The position numbers were made by a program, and so were the translations under genes. Source: Squalus acanthias (taxonomy: Eukaryota). Taken from it: a stretch of DNA of 64,000 bases. Below, in pieces: positions 37,962 through 51,826 of the stretch (position 1 is the first letter of the stretch; the number at the start of each line of letters is the position of its first letter). Under the pieces are notes generated by a model. The model was not told the DNA's origin, made no database searches, and was given only the letters and a program-made list of their open reading frames with translations. The stretch covers positions 116,066,001 through 116,130,000 of the forward strand of contig CM059431.1 of NCBI GenBank assembly GCA_030390025.1, read 5' to 3'.

Positions 37962-39339
37962 TGTAAGATTCTCAAAATTCACAGATCCCCCAAAAACTCG
38001 AAGACAAACCCTAAGGAAAAAGACTTTGGACTCTTTTCTAACTATTTCAGGGTGGTGAAATGCATTGGGCCTAACCGAAGGACATTTTAGAGCAAAAAAC
38101 AAGATTTGGTATTTTAAAAGACATGTCTGGACTTGTAAGGGAGAAAAGGCTGTAAAGGAAGGTGGGTCAACCTCTGTAAAGACAGTTTGGATATTGGAGT
38201 TAATGCAAACTGTCTGGGGAACTGCATGACCCTGCTTGGAGTTAAATCGGCCCCTTTCAGACATTAACATCCTAAAAATAAACCGTAGGAAGAACAGTCT
38301 CCACCCAAATTACAGGACCCATCAAAACATGCATAAAACAGATCAATTAGACCCACTCTATAGAAATCCCAGGCTCAGTCAAGAAACTCACAACGTGAGA
38401 ACAATCAGCTACAATCAAGCAAGCAGATCGACAGGATGGAGCCATCCTGAAACCACTTCACACATTTACAAACAGGTTACTATTAACGAGCCCGCCAAAA
38501 TCTTACAATAAACCGGGACTGATTGGGAGGCCCCAATTAGTATAATTGGGGGCCTGTTTTCTCAAGAAGTCAGTTCAGCAGTTACAACAAGTTCTCTACA
38601 AGTTCAAGGGTGGAGCAGTTACACAGTTACAACAGAAAGGAGTTCTCGAGTACAACCGTACACAGTTCAACAGAAACAAGTTCAACAAGCAAGCAGCAAG
38701 GAGTTCAGCAAGCAGCAAGGAAGCAGCTCTCCAGTACAACCGTTCAGCAGTTACGTGTCCAGCCAGGAGGTCGACAGCTCGAAAACAAGACCGTTCAACA
38801 AAGGAGGCCAACAGCTCCAGAAGTAGGCCGACACACAAGAAGAGACCAGAGCGACCGCCTCAGTGACCATCGGACACCTCGCGGCAACAAGGGCCTTACA
38901 AAACTTTTTACTTAAAAAGACTCTAAACCCTACCTCTAACCAAAGAAAAGTGGGTACTCACCCGATAAATCCAATCCAGCGAACCCCGAAACCGCGAACC
39001 AGCTCAACTGCCAAGGATTCGTTTGGTGAGCATTATCACTGGTTCTCTAGAGCCCAACTTAGCTAGTAAAGTGGGATTGGGAGGGGTGAGGTATTCTTCT
39101 AATGTGATTTCCCTCATTTGTACCGAAGTGATCCCCACTTTATTAGAGTGTTAAGAGTGTTTGTGTTGTGTTTTACTCTCTTGAATAAAGATCAAAAGTT
39201 CTTGCGCCAAACCAGTTGTCTGCTGCACTTTTGTCACAACCCCCAAATAAGTCCAAGGTCTAGAACCAAGGGAGTGGGAGCGATTCGAAATGCTCAGAAG
39301 TCAGAGCTGAAGCTGACACACACACCACCACCCCCTACA
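37962..39339 (+). mobile_element. Solo LTR (1378 bp)
   Basis: TGTA...TACA termini; 4-bp TSD GATG (37958-37961, 39340-39343); TATA-like TATAAT at 38541; AATAAA at 39184. Confidence 0.85.
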
Positions 39340-39343
39340 GATG

Positions 39344-39830
39344 TCCTAACTCGCACCAAGTCCCCTTCGCCCATCTCTCCTCTGCTCGCTGACCTACATT
39401 GGCTCCTGGTTAAGCAGCGCCTGATTTTCAAAATTCTCATCCTTGTTTTCAAATCCCTCCATGGCCTCGCCCCGTCCCATCTCTGTAATCTCCTTCAGCC
39501 CCACAACCCCCCGAGATATCTGCGCTCCTCTAATTCTGCCCTCTTGAGCATCCCTGATTATAATCGCTCAACCTTTGGTGGCCGTGCCTTCTGTTGCCTC
39601 GGCCCTAAGCTCTGGAATTTCCTGCCTAAACCTTTCCACCTTGCTACCTCTCTTTCCTCCTTTCAGATGCTCCTTAACACCTACCTCTCTGACCAAGCTT
39701 TTGGTCACCTGCCCTAATTTCTCCTTATGTGGTTCGCTGTCAAATTTTTTGTCTTAAAATACTCCTGTGCAGAGCCTTGGGACGTTTTACTACGTTAAAG
39801 GCACTATATAAATACAAGTTGTTGTTGTTG
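39344..39830 (+). mobile_element. L2 3' fragment
   Basis: LADLHWLLVKQRLIFKILILVFKSLHGLAP; (TTG)n tail. Confidence 0.9.
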
Positions 39831-40283
39831 CAATTATATAGGGCCCTGGTGAGACCACACCTGGAGTATTGTGTACAATTTTGGTCTCCTTACCTAAGGA
39901 AGGATATACTTGCCATAGAGGGAGTGCAACGAATGTTCACCAGACTGATTGCTGGGATGGGGGGATTGTCCAATGAGGGGAGATTGAGTAGACTCGGCCT
40001 ATATTCTCTGGAGTTTAGAAGAATGAGAGGTGATCGCATTGAAACATACAAAATTCTTACAGGACTTGACAGGGTAGATGCAGGGAGGATGTTTCCCCTG
40101 GCTGGGGAGTCTAGAACCAGGGGGTCACAGTCTCAGAATAAGGGGTTGGCCATTTAGGACTGAGATGGGGAGAAATTTCTTCACTCGGAGGGTGGTGAAT
40201 CTTTGGAATTCTCTACCCCAGAGGGCTGTGGATGCTCAGTCGTTGAGTATATTCAAGACAGAGATTGCTAGATTTTTGGATAT

Positions 40284-42812
40284 GTGCATGTAACAAGGGC
40301 AATACGGTAATCATGGGGGACTTTAATCTACATATTGACTGGGCAAATCAAATTACCACTAATGGTGTGGAGGACGAATTGTTGGAATGCATGCGAGATG
40401 GTTTCCTGGATCAGTATGTGGAGGAACCAACCAGGGAATGGGCTATTCTGGATCTGGTACTGTGTAATGAGAAAGGGCTAATCAATAATCTTGTGGTAAA
40501 GGGGCCTTTAGGGACAAGTGACCATAATATGATTGAATTTTATATTAAGTTTGAGAGTGATGTAGTCCAATCTGAAACTAAGGTCTTCAATCTAAACAGA
40601 GGAAACTACAAGGGTATGAGGGGCAAGTTGGCCATGGTAGATTGGGAGACTACACTACAAGGTATGAAGGTGGACATACAATGGCTAACATTCAAGGAAA
40701 TAATGCATAATTTGCAACAAACATATATTCCTCTAGGGCATAAAAACCCAAAAGGAAAAGTGATACAACCATAGCTAACAAAAGAAATTAAAGCTGGTAT
40801 TAAGTCAAAGGAGGAAGCTTATAAAGTTGCCAGAAAAAGTGGTCAGGCTGAGGATTGGGATCTTTTTAGAAATCAGCAAAGGGGGACCAAGAAATTGATA
40901 AAGAAAGGAAAAATGGAATATGAGCACAAACTAGCGAAAAATATTAAAACGGATTGTAAAAGCTTCCATAGGTATGTGAAAAGGAAAAGACTGGCAAAGG
41001 TAAATGTAGGTCCTTTACAGTCAGAGATGGGAGAATTTATAATGGGGAATGAGGAAATGGCCGAGAAATTAAATAAATACTTTGTTTCTGTCTTCACGGA
41101 GGAAGACACAAAAAACCTCCCAGAAATACGAGAAAACCAAGGGTGTGGCGAGAATGAGGAACTTAAAGAAATTATTATTAGTTAAAAAACAGTACTAGCA
41201 AAATTAACGGGACTAAAAGTCGATAAATCGCAAGGACCGGATGACCTACATCCTAGGGTTTTGAAAGAGGTGGCCATTGGGATAGTGGACGCATTGGTTG
41301 TCATCTTCCAAAATTCTATAGATTCTGGAATGGTTCCTGCAGATTGGAGGATAGCAAATGTAACACTGCTATTTAAGAAAGGAGGGAGAGAGAAAATGGG
41401 GAACTACAGACCTGTTAGCCTCACATCAATAGTTGGGAAAATGCTGGAATCTATTATAAAGGATGCAATAACTGGGCACTTCGAAACTAATAGTAAGATT
41501 GGGCAGAGTCAACATGGATTTATGACAGGGAAATCCTGTTTGACAAACCTATTGGAGTTCTTTGAGGATGTAACTAGTGGAGTAGACAAAGGGGAACCGG
41601 TAGATGTGGTGCATTTGGATTTTCAGAAGGCCTTCGATAAGATCCCACACAAGAGGTTGGTGAACAAAATTAGGGCACATGGAATTTGGGGGTAATATAC
41701 TAGCATGGATTGAGAATTGGTTAACAGACAGAAAACAAAAGGTAGGGATAAACGGGTCTTTTTCAGGATGGCAGGCTGTGACTAGTGGGGTACCACAAGG
41801 ATCGGTGTTTGGGCCCCAGCTATTCACAATTTATATCAATGATTTGGATGAGGTGACTAAATGTAAGATTTCCAAATTTGCTGATGATACAAAGCTAGGT
41901 GGCAGTGTCATTTGCGAAGAGGATGTGAAGAGGCTTCAAGGGGATCTCGACAGGCTCAGTGAGTGGGCGAGAACATGGCAGATGGAATATAATGTGGATA
42001 AATATGAAGTTATCCACTTTGGTAGAAAAAACAGAAAGGCAGGGTATTTCCTAAATGGTGAAAGATTGAGGAATGCAGATGCTCAAAGGGACCTGGGTGT
42101 CCTTGTACATGAGTCACTGAAAGTGAATGTGGAGGTGCAGCAAGCTATTAGGAAGGCAAATGGTATGCTGGCCTTCATTACAAGAGGATTTGAGTACAGG
42201 AGTAAAGAAGTTTTACTCCAATTATATAGGGCCTTGGTGAGACCACACCTGGAGTACTGTGTACAATTTTGGTCTCCTTACCTAAGGAAGGATATACTTG
42301 CCATAGAGGGAGTGCAAAGAAGGTTCATGAGATTGATTCCTGGGATGGCGGGACTGTCGTATGAGAAGAGATTGAGTAAACTAGGCCTGTATTCCCTTGA
42401 ATTCAGAAGAATGAGGGGGGATCTCATTGAAGCATACAAAATTATTACAGGGCTTGATAGGGTGGAGGCTGAGAGAATGTTTCCCTTGGCTGGGGAGTCC
42501 AGAACCAGGGGCCACAGCCTCAGGATAAAGGGTAGGCCATTCAGGACTGAGATGAGAAGAAATTTCTTCACACAGAGGGTGGTGAATCTTTGGAATTCTC
42601 TACCCCAGAGGGCTGTGGAGGCTCAGTCATTGGGTATATTCAAAACAGAAGTCGATAGATTTCTGACTAGTAAGGGCATCAAGGGATATGGCGATAGGGC
42701 CGGTGAATGGAATTGAGGCAGAAGAGCAGCCCTGATCTCATTGAATGGCGGAGCAGGCTCGAAGGGCCAAATGGCCTACTCCTGCTCCTATTTCTTATGT
42801 TCTTATGTTCTT
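40284..42812 (+). mobile_element. CR1 LINE, EN C-terminus plus RT, few disruptions
   Basis: IMGDFN, SDHNMI, DFQKAFDK, VPQGSVFGP, KFADDTK; (TTCTTATG)n tail. Confidence 0.95.
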
Positions 42813-43214
42813 ATTGATTTACAGTATAACCTCATTCCTAGTAGGATTCCAGTGAATCTTTGCTGTAACCTTTCCCTGGCTTCAATATTGGATGCAATAC
42901 TTCAACTGTGTAATTACCAATTGTCTTGTACAAATTCAACTTAATTTCCTTGCTTTTGTGTTCAATGTATAAAACCTCGAATCTCATTTGTTTTTTTATG
43001 CGGCCTTTTCTATCTGCACTCCCACCTTTTAGATTTATGGGTGTAATTTTCAACTTCACCACATGGTCAGAATCTGACAGAGCAGAGTGCCCGTTCATTG
43101 TAGAACCCATCCTGTTGAAATCAAAATCTACAATGGGCGGGTGATACACTCCGCCAGGTTACCACCCATATGGCAAAGTTAAAAATTACCTCCTATGTAT
43201 CTGTACCCCAAGAT

Positions 43215-43628
43215 CTTTCTGGTCCCCATTCAGAATCTGACCTACATTGGTTCCTAGTCTGACAACATCTCGATTTTAACCTCATGTTGAAACCCCTACA
43301 TGGCCTCGCTCCTGCCTATCTCTGTAGCCACCTCCAGCCCTATAATCCTCTGAAAACTCTGGCCTCTTTTGCATCCCCGATTTCCTTCACCCCACCATTG
43401 GTGACGATGCCATCAGCCGTCTAGGCCTGAAACTGTGCAATTCCCTTCCTAAACCTCTCCACCTCTCTCTCCTCCTTTAAGACAGTCTTTCAAACCTACC
43501 TTTTTGACCACCTGTCCTAATGTCTCCATCTTTGACTCGGTGTCAATTTTAATCTGATGACGCTCCTATGAACCGCCTTGGAATGTTTTACTACGTTAAA
43601 GGCACTATATAAAAGCACGTTGTTATTA
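43215..43628 (+). mobile_element. L2 3' fragment
   Basis: CTGACCTACATTGG..ACCCCTACATGGCCTCGC..TACTACGTTAAAGGCACTATATAAA. Confidence 0.8.
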
Positions 43629-43629
43629 T

Positions 43630-46600
43630 TTATGATATGCTTCCTACCACTGTTCTTTTTCTGAGAAGGTACCACTTCACCTTTTTCTGGGTGAAATGCA
43701 TTTGCCATCTGTTTGCCAAATCTGCTAACCTGCCGATCTGACCCTTCAATTTTTCCAACTTCTTCCTCACAATTTGCGATCATGAGTCAACTTCAATATC
43801 ATTCCTCTCGTGCCTATGTCCGAATCACTTATATAAATGTAAAACAAAAGAACTGAACGGCTGCAGGGCATTCTGAAGGGGGAGGGCGAACAGTCAGAGG
43901 TTGTGGTTCACATTGGTACCAACGACATGGGTAGAAAGAGGGATGAGGTCCTGCAACAAGAATTTAGGGAGCTAGGTAACAGATAAAAAAACAGGACCTC
44001 AAAGGTTGTAATCTCTGGATTACTCCCAGAACTACGTGCTAGCGAGTATAGGAATAGGAGGATAGAGCAGATGAATGCATGGCTAAAGAGTTGGTGCAGG
44101 AGGGAGGGCTTTAATTTCCTGGATCACTTGTTCTGCTTCTGGGGAAGGTGGGACCTGTACAAGTCGGACGGGTTGCACCTGAACCGGAACGGGACCAACA
44201 TCCTTGCGGGGAGGTTTGCTAGTACTGTTGGGGGGTGGGTTTAAACTAACTTGGCAGGGGGATGGGATACGGAGTGGAGCTATAGTAGGGAGTGATGCAC
44301 AGCCAAATATAGAGGAAAAAACAAGTCAGCCTGGACGGCAGAGCAAATATGTAACGGCACAAGGGAGTATGGCAAGGCTGGTTGGCATTTATTTTAATGC
44401 AAGGAGTCTTGCGAGTAAGGCAGATGAATTGAAGGTGTTGATGAACACATGGGAGTATGATATTGTTGCTATCACAGAGACATGGTTGAGGGGGGGGCAG
44501 GACTGGCAGCTCAATATTCCGGGGTATAGAATCTTCAGGCGAGACAGAGGGAGGTGTAAAAGAGGAGGGCGTGTCACAATATTAATCAAGGAGTCAATTA
44601 CTGCAATAAGGAGGGATGATATCTTAGCAGGTTCCTTTAATGAGGCCATATGGGTAGAACTTAAAAACAAAAAGGGGGCAAGCACTTTGCTGGGAGTGTA
44701 CTATAGGCTCCCAAACAGTCAGGGGGAGATAGAGGAACAGATATGTAGGCAAATCTCAGAGAAGTGTAGAAATAATAGGGTAATAATAGTAAGGGATTTC
44801 AACTTCCCCAATATTAACTGGGATAGTCAGAGTGTGAAAGGCTTAGAGGGTGCGGAATTCTTAAAGGGCATCCAGGAGAGCTTTTTGAGTCAGCATGTAG
44901 AAAGTCCTACAAGAGAGGGGGCGGTACTGGACCTAATTCGAGGGAATGTAGCCTGGGCAAGTGGTAGAAGGGTCAGTAGGAGAGCATTTTGGTGACATGA
45001 CGATAATTCAGTGAGATTTAAGGTAGTCATGGAAAAGGACAAAGATGGTTCTAAATTGGGGGAAGATTGTTTTTAATATGATAAGGCAGGATCTGGCCAA
45101 AGTGGACTGGGATCAGCTACTTGTAGGAAAATCCACATTAGAGCATTGGGCGTCTTTCAGAAAGGAAATAGAGAGAGTACAACGCCAACATGTTCCCGTA
45201 AAGGTCAAGGGTGGGATCAACAAGCCCAGGAAGCCCTGGATGTCAAGGGATATACAAGAATGGATTAGGAAATAAAGGGAGGCTTTTGGCAGATACAAAG
45301 GACTAAAAACAGTGGAAGCCCTAGAGGAGTATAGAAAGTGCAGGGGGTACTTAAAAAAGAAATTAGGAGAGCGAAGAGGGGGCATGAAAAAACACTGGCG
45401 GGCAAAATAAAGGAAAATCCCAAGGTGTTTTATGAGTATATTAAGGGCAAGAGGATAACCAGGGAAAGAGTAGGGCCCATTAGGGACCAAAGTGGCAATC
45501 TGTGTGTAGAGCCAGAAGATGTGGGTGAGGTTTTAAATGAATATTTTGCCTCTGTGTTCACTATGGAGAAGGATGATGTAGGCATAGAAATCAGGCAGGG
45601 GGATTGTGATATACTTGAACAAATTAGTATTGAGAGGGAGGAGGTACTAGCGGTTTTAGCGGGCTTAAAAGTGGATAAATCCACAGGCCCAGACGAGATG
45701 TATCCCAGGCTGCTGTGTGAGGCAAGGGGGGAGATTGCAGGGGCTCTGACACAAATTTTCAGAACCTCTCTGGCCACAGGGGAGGTGCTAGAGGACTGGA
45801 GAACAGCTAATGTAGTACCATTATTCAAGAAGAGTAGTAGGGATAAACCAGGGAATTACAGGCCAGTGAGCCTAACATCAGTGGTAGGGAAATTATTGGA
45901 AAAAGTTCTGAGGGACAGAATTACTTGGAGAGGCAAGGATTAATCAAGGATAGTCAGCATGGCTTTGTCAGGGGGAGATCATGTCTGACCAATTTGATTG
46001 AATTTTTCGAGAGGGTGACTAGGTGTGTGGATGAGGGTAGTGCAGTTGATGTAGTCTACATAGACTTCAGTAAGGCTTTTGACAAAGTCCCGCATGGGAG
46101 ACTGGTCAAGAAGGTAAGAGCCCATGGGATCCAGGGCAATTTGGCACATTGGATCCAAAATTGGCTTAGTGGCAGGAGGCAGAGGTTGATGGTCGAAGGT
46201 TGTTTTTGTGACTGTAAGCCTGTGTCCAGTGGTGTACCGCAGGGATCGGTGCTGGGTCCTTTGCTGTTTGTAGTGTACATTAATGATTTAGATATGAATG
46301 TAGGAGGTATAATCAGTAAGTTCGCAGATGACACAAAATTCGTGTAGTGGTACATAGCGAGGAGGGAAGCCTCAGGCTAAAGGATGATATAGATGGGTTG
46401 GTCAGATGGGCAGAACAGTGGCAAATGGAATTTAACCCTGAAAAGTGTGAGGTGATGCATTTTGGGAGGACTAACAAGGCAAGGGAATACACCATGAATG
46501 GTAGGACCCTTGGAAGGACAGAGGATCAGAGGGACCTTGGTGTGCATGTACATAGATCCCTGCAGGCAGCAGGACAGGTAGATAAGGTGGTTAAAAAGGC

Positions 46601-48080
46601 ATATGGGATACCTGCCTTCGTTAGCCGAGGCATAGAATATAAGAGCAGGGAGGTTATGATGTAGCTGTACAAAACACTAGTTAGGCCACAGCTGGAATAC
46701 TGTGTGCAGTTCTGGTCGCCACACTATAGGAAGGATCTGACTGCATTGGAGAATGTGCAGAAGAGATTCACCAGGATGTTACCTGGGCTGGAGCGCTTCA
46801 GCTATGAAGAGAGACTGGACAGGCTGGGGTTGTTTTCCTTAGAGCAGAGAAGACTGAGGGGGACCTGATTGAGGTGTACAAAATTATGTGGGCATAGATA
46901 GGGTAGATAGAAAGGAACTTTCCCCCTTAGTAGAGGGGTCAATAACCAGGGGGCAGAGTTTCATGATAAGGGGCAGGAGGTTTAGAGGGGATTTGAGGAA
47001 AAACTTTTTCACCCAGAGGGTGGTTGGAATCTGGAACTCACTGCCTGAAAGGGTGGTAGAGGCAGGAACCCTCACAACATTCAAGAAGCATTTAGATGAG
47101 CACTTGAAACGCCATAGCATACAAGGCTACGGACCAAGTGCTGGAAAATGGGATTAGAATAGACAGGGCTTGATAGCCGGTGTGGACACGATGGGCCGAA
47201 GGGCCTCTTTATGTGCTGTATAACTCTATGACTCTATGACTAACTCCCAGCACAGCTCCCTGAGCACATCACTATCCAAATCCCGCCAGTCGGGCAAACG
47301 TTCATTTACTCCTACTCTCTGTTTATAACAAGTATCTTACAACGCTTCTAAATCCATATAGGCAACATCCACTGCATTCCCTTTACCTGTACATCCTGTG
47401 ACTTCCTTGAAAAGTGCCATTAAATTAATGAAGCCTAAACTACCCTTCACAGATCCATGCAGTCACCCCAATTAGCCCATGCCTTTTTAAGTGTTCATTA
47501 GTTTAATCTCATATTATGTATTCGAGTATATGGATTTTCCGAATTTGTACTCCTAGTGCAAAGCTTTGCAAGCTGGGAGCACATATCAAGAACTTAAATG
47601 TGGAGGTCAGTAGGTCCTGGAAGATATTCCACCCATTATTTCATAAAATGTGTCCGTAGGCATTTATCTGCCACCGACTCAAGACTAATGAGCCTTTAGT
47701 TCCTAACTACTTCCTTCTCTCTTTATTGAACAGTGGTATAACAGTTGCCATTCTTCAGTCCTTTGGCATAATTACCATTTTCAAAGGTTTCAAAAAAGGA
47801 GGGATTTGAGTGATGTGGTGGCACATTCCCTCCTGGGAGAAAAGGTTCGCAAAATAAAAGGAGCTTGTGCCAATGTTTGGGTGAATAAATTGACGCATGA
47901 TGCATTTGACGCATGACATTCCTATAGTTTTTCAAAAGTTCATCTTCTGACTGACTGCAAGATTTATTCATCATGATTCATCTCAGATTTAATTGACAAT
48001 GGTCTCAGTCTCAGAAAAAATGATTAAGAAATCTTTTATAGGCTCCTGCTGATTTTTCTACCATGGTAAAATTAAAAAGC
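43630..48080 (-). mobile_element. Old antisense CR1 fragment (43630-43854 and 47242-~48080) interrupted by a younger CR1
   Basis: Antisense RT motifs (WQMHF, LRELCWE region, WRMATVIPLF) continue across the insertion. Confidence 0.6.
43855..47241 (+). mobile_element. Long CR1 LINE: ORF1 SGNH-esterase remnant, APE endonuclease and RT
   Basis: VVVHIGTND and DGLHLN (ORF1); FNARSL, AITETWL, DFNFP; KFADDTK; (ACTCTATG)n tail; apparent TSD AACT (43851-43854, 47242-47245). Confidence 0.95.
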
Positions 48081-48193
48081 AGGCATTTATATAATGTGAA
48101 GGAGTTAAATCTCATTAACAAAGGAGACATAGATGCACAGTAGGGATGAGAACTGCAGTATCCCACATGGGCTAACATCAGACTGGAATACAA

Positions 48194-49985
48194 GGGCCAC
48201 AATATCGCTGGCCAAGGTTGGTCTGGGGCAGCCGGGGTCGGTGTCGCAGTCCCAGCCCGCTGCCTGCTCCAGCCCGCAGCCTGCTCCAGCCCGCAGCCTG
48301 CTCCAGCCCGCAGCCTGCTCCAGCCCGCACTCTCCAAGAGATTTTACGTTGATTGGGCTTGTTAAGCCCATCCAGCCCATTTCCCGGCCAATTAAAAGGA
48401 AGCGGGTCTGATGACATCATTTGATGATGCATCATCAGCCGGTTTCCTTAAAGGGGCCATGTCCAAATGGATTTTGACAGTTGTGCTGTCAGTATTCTAC
48501 AGCATTGAGGTGCTGCAAACACTGACAAGAACTGCACAAGGTGCAGGGCTGCACCCAGGCTCTCCCATGACTCCCTCCATATGCTTATGGAGGGAGTCAC
48601 AGCATGCATTGAGGTTCTTTTCCCTACCAATGGACAGAAGACACCTCCCCAGGAGACCAACACAGCCTGATTGCATTGTACAGGAGGTCACAAGCAGGGA
48701 TGTCATCAGGAGGACTAGGCTGCAGTGCCGCAAACCTTTTAATGATCTCAGTAGATCACAAAACGTTATTGCAAAGCCACACTCAACCTCATCCTGCTGT
48801 GCCACTCATCACATCCCCATCACTCTGCCTTTCCTACCCTACTCCTGCACATCCTTACTCACACCAACTTACCTTGTACCTCCACCCATCCCTCTCTATC
48901 TACATTATCACTTCCCCATCTCACTAGCCACCCCTCACACTCACCCTCATCCTGGTCCAACCATACCAAATAACAACACACAAGGGTAGGCACTTGGGTG
49001 TGTTATGCAATGCTCATGTGAAGTTTCTGTTATTGTGCTGTCATACATTGAAATCTTTATTTTCAACACATTGCGTTCTTGGACAGATTTGTGTGCACCT
49101 TTGGAAATGGCTTAGTGAGTTGCAGTGAATGGTGATGAGTGTGAAAGGAATGGCTTGGAAATTGTTGGGATGCTTTATGGTGTTGGTGTGGGGTGGTGCT
49201 AACCTGGTGCATCATGTGTCAGCCAGGGTGTACAGCGTCAAGTGAAGTAAATCTGGCCATGGTGAGGCCATCCCTGGCAGCAATGTGGTCAGGTGCCGAT
49301 GTTCTCTGTCCTGTGCAGCATCAGTTGATTGCGGAGAAGGTTGGTGTTGTTGTTGGTGCTGCTGGTGTGCCTGGTGCTGCTGGTGTTGTGGCTGATCGTG
49401 GTGGGATTCTGAGGACCAAGGCGAGATTTTTTCAAGGGCACCAATGCTGATGGAATAGTTGGCTGGTGAGGTTGAGATGACAGAAGCGATCTGTCAATGG
49501 TGAAAGAGGTCGTTCCAATGAGATGACACTGGATAGAGAGTTAGCTGCAAACACTTGCAAGCTGCATAAAGCTCAATCTGTCTTCCAAATGCAGCAAGTA
49601 ACAGTTTCTAAGCTTGCAAAGTGAAGACCTATGAAATGGTAGCTTTTATAGACCATTGGCAGCTGTCAAGTTAGCAAATCACCCCTTGCAGACACAACAC
49701 CTGACCTCTTTACCTGACGTGATCCCCGAGCAGCGGGGAAGCTGTTGGTGAACTCTAAAAATCTAAAGGTGAGCTTAAAAAAAGAATTAATTGCCTCTTA
49801 ACAATCCATTTAATGATCTCAATTGTCTTCCCCGCCGCTTGGTGTCTTGGGTCTGTTCAGCGCTGACAGACCCGACACCTGGGAGGCTCTCGTAGGCGGC
49901 TTTACAGCGGGTTCCTGGCCGGCTGTCAATCTTTTCTATTTTAACAGCCGGTCTGCCTCCCATCCCGCCCTGAGTGGCGATCAAG
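48194..49985 (+). mobile_element. Second copy of the internally deleted Harbinger Myb/SANT element
   Basis: Colinear with 25179-26925 (e.g. QEVTSRDVIRRTRLQCRKPFNDLSRS); right TIR not seen. Confidence 0.8.
48253..48328 (+). repeat. 17-bp minisatellite (CAGCCCGCAGCCTGCTC), about 4.5 copies
   Basis: Direct reading of tandem units. Confidence 0.95.
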
Positions 49986-50097
49986 GATATAGAATAAGAA
50001 AAGGCCACTTCATCCATCCAGCTGTTCCTGTTATGTGTGTTTTCTGCGCTCTGATTTGATCTGTCGTGTTTTCCAACTAGAACTTTGCAATCCTCTA

Positions 50098-51826
50098 ATA
50101 AAAACAGAAAATGCTGGAAATGCTCAGCAGGTCAGGCAGCTTCTGTGGAGAGAGAAACAGAGTTAACGTTTCAGGTCGATGACCCTTCGTCAGAACTGGA
50201 AAAAGCTGGAGATGGAACAGGTTTTTAAGCAAGTGCAGGGGCAGGGAAAGAGGGGAGGGGAGGAAAGAACAAAAGGGAAGGTCTGTGATAGGATGGAAGG
50301 GTGAGGGAAGGGTGGAAATTGGAAGTAAAGTAAATGAAATTTTCTAGTTCAGGGCGAGAGCAGGAAACAGCACCGATACAGTCATCAATGTACCGGAAAA
50401 AGAGGTGAGGGAGGGGACCTGAGTAGGACTGGAACAAAGAATGTTCTACATATCCCATGAAAAGGTGAAAAACGGAACATATCTCTTCCTATTTTTTCTC
50501 CCCTTGTCCAGTCTCTTCCCACCTACATCTGCGACTCTTCCACCCTTCCCTCACCTTTACATGGTCCATCTCCGACTCTTCCCTTCCCTTCCTCGACTTC
50601 TCTGTCTCCATCTCTGGGGATACGCTATTGACAAACATTTATAACAAGCCCACTGATTCCCACAGCTACCTGGACTACACTTCCTCCCACCCCGCTCCCT
50701 GTAAGGACTCTATTCCATTCTCCCAGTTTCTCCATCTCCGCCACATCTGCTCTGACGATGCCACCTTCCATACTAGTGCTTCCGACACTGTGGTTGACAC
50801 GGCCCTTGATCGTGTCCGTTCTATTTCCCGCACTTCTGCCCTCACCCCTTCCCCTCCCTCCCGGAACTACGATCAGGTTCCCCTTGTCCTCACCTTTTAC
50901 CCCACCAGCCTTCACATTCAACGGATCATCCTTCACCATTTCTGCCACCTCCAGCGTGATCCCACCACCAAACACATCTTCCCCTCACCTCCGCTTTCAG
51001 CATTCCGAAGGGACCGCTCCCTCAGCGACACCCTGGTCCACTCCTCTATCACCCCCAACACCCCTTCCCCTTCACCCGGCACCTTCCCATGCAAGCGCAG
51101 GAGATGCAATACATGCCCTTTTACCTCCTCCCTTCCCACTGTCCAGGGCCCCAAACACTCCTTCCAGGTGAAACAGCGATTTACTTGTACTTCTTGCAAT
51201 TAAGTATACTGTATTCGCTGCTCACGATGCGGTCTCCTCTACATTGGGGAGACCAAATGCAGATTGGGTGACCGCTTCGCGAAACACCTTCGTTCAGTCC
51301 ATAAGGGTGACCCCAAGCTTCCGGTCGCTTGTCACTTTAACACTCTGCTCCAATCCCACTCAGACCTCACCGTCCTCGGCCTCTTACACTGTTCCAATGA
51401 AGCTCAACGTAAGCTCGAGGAACAGCACCTCATCTTTTGATTAGGCACTTTACAATCTTCTGGACTCAACATCGAGTTCAACAATTTCAGACCATAACCT
51501 CTGCCCCTACCTTTTTTTCCATTTTTTTTCTCTCTCCCACATGGCAGCTGTCTTTTATTCTGCCAATGCCATTTACACTTCATCTAGAGCCATCTTTTGT
51601 TTCTTAACTTGTCCCATTACCATCTCCTTTTGCCTTGCACCATCATCCCTTTTGTCTCTTAATCTCTCCTGCCTTCCATCCTATCACAGACCTACCCTTT
51701 TGTTCTTTCCTCCCCTCCCCCCTTTCCCTGCCCCTGCACTTGCTTAAAAACCTGTTCCATCTCCAGCTTTTTCCAGTTCTGATGAAGGGTCAGATTTCCA
51801 GCATCCGCAGTATTTTGCTTTTTTAT
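50098..51826 (+). mobile_element. Penelope-like element (second family) with inverted 5' pseudo-LTR and inverted RT segment
   Basis: Minus 50300-50455 FFRYIDDCIG; plus strand LPFLD..YNKPTDSHSYLDY..VYCIRCSRCGLLYIGETKCRLGDRF (GIY-YIG); 50190-50300 mirrors 51670-51792; TSD AATCCTCTA (50089-50097, 51827-51835). Confidence 0.9.
50161..50198 (-). ncRNA. Minimal type I hammerhead ribozyme
   Basis: AGTT-CTGACGA-A-GGGTC-ATC-GACCT-GAAA-CGTT-AACT; ACGT palindrome; stem I AGTT/AACT. Confidence 0.8.

Larger units (their letters stand above)
37881..40283 (+). mobile_element. CR1 3' fragment split into 37881-37961 and 39831-40283 by a solo LTR and an L2 fragment
   Basis: ...GGATTTGAGTACAAGAGTAAAGATG resumes as CAATTATATAGGGCCCTGGTGAGACC, contiguous in the intact copy at ~42186-42245. 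Confidence 0.9.

Noticed and set aside
38570..38830. Reiterated short motifs resembling a repeat-spacer array
   Set aside because: Irregular unit length and no unique spacers; internal LTR repeats in a vertebrate genome, not CRISPR
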